A stretch of DNA of 64,000 bases from an uncultured bacterium (GTDB taxonomy: Bacteria > Patescibacteriota > Minisyncoccia > Phycocordibacterales > CAIZLB01), in the NCBI GenBank assembly GCA_903821355.1, contig CAIJKW010000030.1, forward strand, positions 27,897 through 91,896, written 5' to 3'. Of the stretch, positions 58,926 through 64,000 are shown one piece after another. The translations under genes and the position numbers were made by a program. How positions within the stretch are numbered: position 1 is the first letter of the stretch; each line of letters opens with the position of its first letter. Below the pieces are notes generated by a model that worked only from the letters and a program-made list of their open reading frames with translations, made no database searches and was not told the origin of the DNA.

Positions 58926-60362
58926 ATGCTAAAAAAAGACTTCGAAAAATTAATAGCGTCAAAACTGCCAGAAGCTCCTGGAATCTATCTTTTCAAAAAA
59001 GGAAAAGATCTTCTTTATGTTGGCAAGGCAACAAGCTTGCGTCAGCGTGTTCGTAGTTATTTTTCTAATGACTTAATGAAAACTCGCGGGCGGCTTTTGG
59101 TTGACATGATTGCAACAGCCGACAAAATTGATTTTCAAAAAACGGATTCTGTTTTGGAAGCTCTGATTCTGGAGGCTCAATTCATAAAAGAACATCAACC
59201 AAAATATAATACTAAAGATAAGGACAATAAAAGTTATAATTATGTTGTGATAACGGAAGAAGACTTTCCTTGCGTGCTTGTGGTGCGTGGTAGAAACCTA
59301 GAACAAAACTTGAAAAACTTGAAGCAAAATCTTGGCGAGGAAAAATACAAATACACATTTGGTCCATATCCTTATGGAGGAGAATTAAAAGAGGCGTTAA
59401 AACTTATTAGAAAAATATTTCCATTCAGAGATAAATGTACTCCATTTTCAGAAATTAAAATAAATACTAAGTCGCATTCAGGCCAGTATCTAAGGCTATC
59501 TCCAAGGCCATGTTTTAACAGAACAATTGGTCTTTGCCCAGGGGTTTGTACTGGTGAAATATCAAAAAAAGATTACGCGACGCAGATAAAAAATATTAAA
59601 ATGTTTTTTGAGGGTAAAAAACCTGCGCTTCTCAAGTCTCTAACCAAACAAATGTCGGCATTTGCCAAAGAAAAAGAATTTGAAAAAGCTGGCCAAATTA
59701 AAAAAACAATTTTTGCGTTGAATCATATTCAAGATGTATCTTTAATGAAAAGAGTCGAGTCTGAAAGAATAAGAGTGGTTACTTCTGACGAAACAAATTC
59801 AACTAGTTTGGCAAAAAACCAAAGTCTTAGAATTGAAGCTTATGATATAGCCCACATGTCGGGGCAAAATATGGTTGGAGCTATGGTTGTGATGGAAAAT
59901 GGGGAACTAGTAAACGGCCTTTATAGAAAATTTATAATTAAAGGTTTCGATAAAGCAAATGACCCCGGCGCCCTTGCTGAAACAATTAAAAGAAGAGTAA
60001 ATCATCCAGAATGGGGCTTACCAGATATTATTGTGCTTGATGGAAATCAAATTCAACTCAAGCGTGCCGTTGAGACATGGAAAGAAATATTAGGCAGTGA
60101 ATCACTAAATCGAAAATATTCAGTAAATCAAAACGTCCTGTTTTGTAGTGTGGTAAAAGACCAGTCTCATAAAGCAAGAGAAGTATTGTTTTTTGATGAA
60201 GAAATGTGGAAAAAATCGCAAATGGAAATAGAAGAAAAATTTGGAATATCAAAAAAGACCCTGCAGGAGCAGATCGTTAAAATTAATACTGAGGCACATA
60301 GGTTTGTGATTGCTTTTCATAAAAAAAGAAGAGGTAAAAACTTTTTAAGTAATGTGCTTTAA
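58926..60362 (+). CDS. uvrC: Excinuclease ABC subunit C (no C-terminal HhH domain)
   Basis: GIY-YIG (PGIYLF..YVGKATSLRQRVRSYF), Cys cluster, UVR, RIEAYDIAH, ends soon after EAHRF. Confidence 0.92.
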   Translation: MLKKDFEKLIASKLPEAPGIYLFKKGKDLLYVGKATSLRQRVRSYFSNDLMKTRGRLLVDMIATADKIDFQKTDSVLEALILEAQFIKEHQPKYNTKDKDNKSYNYVVITEEDFPCVLVVRGRNLEQNLKNLKQNLGEEKYKYTFGPYPYGGELKEALKLIRKIFPFRDKCTPFSEIKINTKSHSGQYLRLSPRPCFNRTIGLCPGVCTGEISKKDYATQIKNIKMFFEGKKPALLKSLTKQMSAFAKEKEFEKAGQIKKTIFALNHIQDVSLMKRVESERIRVVTSDETNSTSLAKNQSLRIEAYDIAHMSGQNMVGAMVVMENGELVNGLYRKFIIKGFDKANDPGALAETIKRRVNHPEWGLPDIIVLDGNQIQLKRAVETWKEILGSESLNRKYSVNQNVLFCSVVKDQSHKAREVLFFDEEMWKKSQMEIEEKFGISKKTLQEQIVKINTEAHRFVIAFHKKRRGKNFLSNVL

Positions 60363-60402
60363 ATCGTGGACACTAATTGTAAAGTCATTTATAATTAAAG
60401 GC

Positions 60403-63400
60403 ATGAAAATTTCCTTTAAAAAGCCCTTGATGCTTTCTCTTGTTTTGTTTGTTTTTTTATTTTCTTTCTCCTTATGGACACAAAAAGCTAATGCGGAAGA
60501 TGAAGATATAGATACCTACTTTGCCACAACAACAAACGCCAGCTGTGCTGATTACTATCACTTCAATGGTGTACAAATTGATGTAAAGCCAAGCATAATT
60601 CAATCTGTTGCAGGTGCTGATATGAACTTTTCCGGATCGATATTGAACAATAATGAATATCCAGTAGTCTCAGGCAGATTATTCGTAAAAATTTTCAGAG
60701 ATAGATCTACTAAAGATAATAATGGCCCTGATGTCTTAGACGCTTTTGTTGCACAAGATGGCTTATCTATAAAAGCCGGAGAGAAAATACCAGTCAATTT
60801 TAAATGGAAAATACCTGCTTATGCCTTGGGTGGAGATTATAAGATTGCCACATATTTTATTACTAGCGATAAATTCAACTTGGCTGGTCTTAGTTTTACG
60901 GACGATGTTGTTGCCGGTCTTTCAAGTTTTAAAGTTCTAGGACAACAAGATAAAGGGGTTTTTTTGAAAAAAGACGGAGTCAAAGTAAATAACAGCACCT
61001 ACGCTTTTGCTGCATATCCTCCAATACAAAGCCCTATTGATCCCGTAACAATAACAGTGCCTGTGACAAATACTACAGCAGAAAGAGTTGCTGTAAAAGT
61101 AGAATTCAACGTTTATAAATGGGATGCGCAGTCTTCTGAAAATAAAATAGATACTAGCACCAAAGTCGCAGTGATTGAGCCTGGAAAGACAATTTACATG
61201 CCGATGGTCATAAATGATAATAAGTCTTCGGTCTACTATACTGAAGTTGTATTGAAATATATGGATAGCAAATCCATATTGGGTATTAGATTTGTTAGAA
61301 ACGGCGTCACAATGCCAAGGATTAACTTTCCATCGATAAGTTCATATCCACTAGTTTCTGGACAAAAAAATAATATATTTGCTTGTTTTCATAATGCATC
61401 AAATAGCAACGCTCCAATTGACGGTAAATTAAAGATTGATATTTTGGGAGAAGATAATAACCCAATTTTATCATATGAGTATGATGGAAAAATTATAGGG
61501 GAGATGAGTGCTGTAAAACAAGAATTTGTTCCGCGTTCAACATACAAAGATTTTAAAATTCACGCGTCTTTATTTGAAGGATCGAAATTGGTAGATGAAG
61601 TATATATTCCATACAGCTGTAAGGAAATAGATCCAAATAATTGCGGATTTAACTTTGGTGATATATCTTCAAGTAAATGGCTGAAGCTTGTATTAGAGAT
61701 TGTTGGTCTACTAATATTGATTGGATTAATTGTTTTGTTTGCAAAGAGATCTAATAAGTTCAAGGAGTGGTATTCAAAATTAAGGATAAACAGAGTGAAG
61801 ACTTTCTTGTTTGTGTTACTTTTGATTATGTTTATGGGTTCAGGGTCTAGAGCTCATGCGGCCGCTCAGTTCACATTGACGGTTACAAATTATAATCCTT
61901 CATCAGGTACGGTCTCATACACTCCTAATCAAGCTAATTATGCTAATGGTACTAATGTGACGATTACTGCTTATCCAAATAGTGGTTATTCCGTTTCTTA
62001 TTTTAATGGTGGAGGGTGTCCAACGAATCCCGCTAATAACACTTGTGTTGTTAAGGTGACCGGAAATATAACTGTGTATGTTAGTATGAATCAAACAGCC
62101 AGTGGTAGTGGCAGCTCTAGCGGCAACTCTAGCGGTAGTGCCAGTGGTAGTTCTGGTAGTGGTGTTGCTGCTGGTTGCTTTACAATTAGTACTACAAACC
62201 CACAGAATACGACGACTTGTAATTTATGGCACTCAACTCTGAATCCAACAAATGATTGTAGTGTCAATAATCAAGTTACAGTCGATGTCACTGGTACAAA
62301 CTTGATGAAGGTTGGATATTCTAGTATGGGAGGGTACCCGGTTAAAATATTTAATCAAACAGATAATTCGATGAGTATCTCGTTTGAGAGATTGTCAGGT
62401 GAATTGGCTCAAAAGATAAGTTTTGCTGATACAAAGTTTTTTTCAAAATGTACTGGGTTTGGGGCGATTACTTTTGCTTGCAAGATGCCAACAATTACGA
62501 GTATAACTCCAGTCTTTGGTCCTACATCTGGAGGTACTCTTGTCACAGTCACTGGTACAAATTTTAATAATGCCAAATCTGTAAAAATTGGCCACGTCAC
62601 TGTGAGTAAGGCAAACACTACAATAATCAATGATAATACTTTAACTTTTGTAACTCCAGCTGAAGCCCCAGGATGGAAGAGCGTCAGTGTTCAGGGTAAT
62701 TGTTGGCAGAGTAAGTTTAGAAATTCAGATGCTGTGTTGCCTAATGCGTTTAATTATCAAAAAAATCTTAAAAATCCACCCTTTCCACCTGATGATGTTT
62801 GGAATTGGGACGGGAACTATAATACCGGAAGTGTATCCATTACCAATCCATACCTTTATTATTGGGCAACAACTTCACTGACTAGTAATTTAGATGGTGG
62901 TAGTTGGGCTAAGGCACTTGGAGATAATAATGCACAAATAAATTACGATTCATCCGTTACTTATTCTGATAGTGGTGTTGTTGTGCAAGATCAAGCGGTA
63001 ATACCCGCTGGAACAAAACTTCATTTTAATTTTGATGGAAGCACAATATCATCATCTCCATCACATGCATCACAGAAGATATCTTGGAATGGAACAGGCT
63101 TTACAGAAGACACACCTTATGGCAGTTGGGTAGATGATGCGGCATATCCTGATCAAGTCTGTACCAATGACAATTTTGTCACAAGTCAAACGGTTATCGA
63201 TCCATCAAGTGGCTTAATGAGGTCTGCGGATATATTTATACCACTTTCTGTTAATCCACCAGGTCAAGAACTTTCTTTCACTACAAGCACATACAGCGTT
63301 AATACAGACACTACTGAATGGGGTGCTCCACCTATAAAAAGTACTGATTCAGCAAGTTGGAGTTGTGATTCTCCAGATTCTTCATCCCCAATCTGTACTC

Positions 63401-64000
63401 CAGTGGTTGGTGGAATAAAGAAAATTAATATGTTTTATGCTCCTACTTATGGGTATTATTACTATGGATGGAGATGGACAAATCAACCAAGTGGAGTTTG
63501 TCACACAAACAATATTGCCCTAAATCAAAAGAAACAGTTGGTTGTTAATAATGGTGCTCTGCCTCAATATGATCTTGGCTCGGGTACTTGTATAGCCGGC
63601 GCCCTTGGTTGTACTAAAACATTTTCAGATTCATATGGAAACGTAGTCATGTGTTCTAAAACATATCCATATTATAATCCAGAAACTAATCACTGTTACT
63701 CAAATATTTCTGATTGGGTGGCATCTCTTCATACAGACTTAAATATTCCTGGCCAAAATTTTTTAGCTGATTATTACTACCCATACAAGTTAAAATTTAG
63801 AGAGTCAGTCTATAGTCTAAATTTAAGTGTTATTGCAACATCAACTACTGAAAACAGAACTCCCTCAGAGCCAGTGATTACAGGACCAAAAACAATAAGT
63901 GCCAATGTTCCTGCAACCTTTAGTGCTGTGTCCAACCTAGTTGTTGCAAAAAGTAAGTCAAATTCAATGTTAGCATCGGCAATATTTGCTATTAAAAAAT
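60403..64000 (+). CDS. Large cell-surface protein (partial, open to window end) with internal TM and second signal peptide, InlB-B-like repeat and IPT/TIG domain
   Basis: Translated by hand from ATG 60403 (MKISFKKPLMLSLVLFVFLF..ANA/EDED); absent from the ORF track because no stop occurs; PTITSITPVFGPTSGGTLVTVTGTNF is an IPT/TIG signature. Confidence 0.88.
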   Translation, partial: MKISFKKPLMLSLVLFVFLFSFSLWTQKANAEDEDIDTYFATTTNASCADYYHFNGVQIDVKPSIIQSVAGADMNFSGSILNNNEYPVVSGRLFVKIFRDRSTKDNNGPDVLDAFVAQDGLSIKAGEKIPVNFKWKIPAYALGGDYKIATYFITSDKFNLAGLSFTDDVVAGLSSFKVLGQQDKGVFLKKDGVKVNNSTYAFAAYPPIQSPIDPVTITVPVTNTTAERVAVKVEFNVYKWDAQSSENKIDTSTKVAVIEPGKTIYMPMVINDNKSSVYYTEVVLKYMDSKSILGIRFVRNGVTMPRINFPSISSYPLVSGQKNNIFACFHNASNSNAPIDGKLKIDILGEDNNPILSYEYDGKIIGEMSAVKQEFVPRSTYKDFKIHASLFEGSKLVDEVYIPYSCKEIDPNNCGFNFGDISSSKWLKLVLEIVGLLILIGLIVLFAKRSNKFKEWYSKLRINRVKTFLFVLLLIMFMGSGSRAHAAAQFTLTVTNYNPSSGTVSYTPNQANYANGTNVTITAYPNSGYSVSYFNGGGCPTNPANNTCVVKVTGNITVYVSMNQTASGSGSSSGNSSGSASGSSGSGVAAGCFTISTTNPQNTTTCNLWHSTLNPTNDCSVNNQVTVDVTGTNLMKVGYSSMGGYPVKIFNQTDNSMSISFERLSGELAQKISFADTKFFSKCTGFGAITFACKMPTITSITPVFGPTSGGTLVTVTGTNFNNAKSVKIGHVTVSKANTTIINDNTLTFVTPAEAPGWKSVSVQGNCWQSKFRNSDAVLPNAFNYQKNLKNPPFPPDDVWNWDGNYNTGSVSITNPYLYYWATTSLTSNLDGGSWAKALGDNNAQINYDSSVTYSDSGVVVQDQAVIPAGTKLHFNFDGSTISSSPSHASQKISWNGTGFTEDTPYGSWVDDAAYPDQVCTNDNFVTSQTVIDPSSGLMRSADIFIPLSVNPPGQELSFTTSTYSVNTDTTEWGAPPIKSTDSASWSCDSPDSSSPICTPVVGGIKKINMFYAPTYGYYYYGWRWTNQPSGVCHTNNIALNQKKQLVVNNGALPQYDLGSGTCIAGALGCTKTFSDSYGNVVMCSKTYPYYNPETNHCYSNISDWVASLHTDLNIPGQNFLADYYYPYKLKFRESVYSLNLSVIATSTTENRTPSEPVITGPKTISANVPATFSAVSNLVVAKSKSNSMLASAIFAIKK

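Noticed and set aside
306-62881. Many short antisense or overlapping ORFs in the track (e.g. 2503-2769, 8411-8629, 41396-41644, 51314-51958, 55201-55857, 60600-62881)
   Set aside because: They shadow well-supported genes, tRNAs or palindromic repeats and have no recognisable motifs

Overview
A 64-kb AT-rich chromosomal segment that looks like a Patescibacteria (CPR, probably Parcubacteria) genome. This assignment is inferred from the tandem VirB2/TrbC-like pilins, short rpsA/infB/uvrC and many orphans; the standard code fits. Housekeeping genes: rpsA, gyrA, rbfA, infB, iscS-type desulfurase, clpB, rpmG, xth, miaA, parB, topA, dprA, serS, tgt, uvrB, uvrA, uvrC and seven tRNAs. Other content: a six-gene pilin array, an ECF sigma/anti-sigma/MacAB-type exporter operon, a stop-interrupted HNH endonuclease inside a tRNA cluster, and a large surface protein that runs off the right edge. 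The most striking unexplained structures are: (1) an ORF6N gene with six covarying palindromes at about 51-bp period, three in-frame and three as silent copies downstream; (2) a ~550-nt GC-rich, multi-helix candidate ncRNA with its own promoter and terminator between tgt and uvrB; (3) a dispersed family of REP-like hairpins with compensatory base changes; (4) an apparent secreted polyprotein with an internal signal peptide. All calls were made by eye; no database searches were run.
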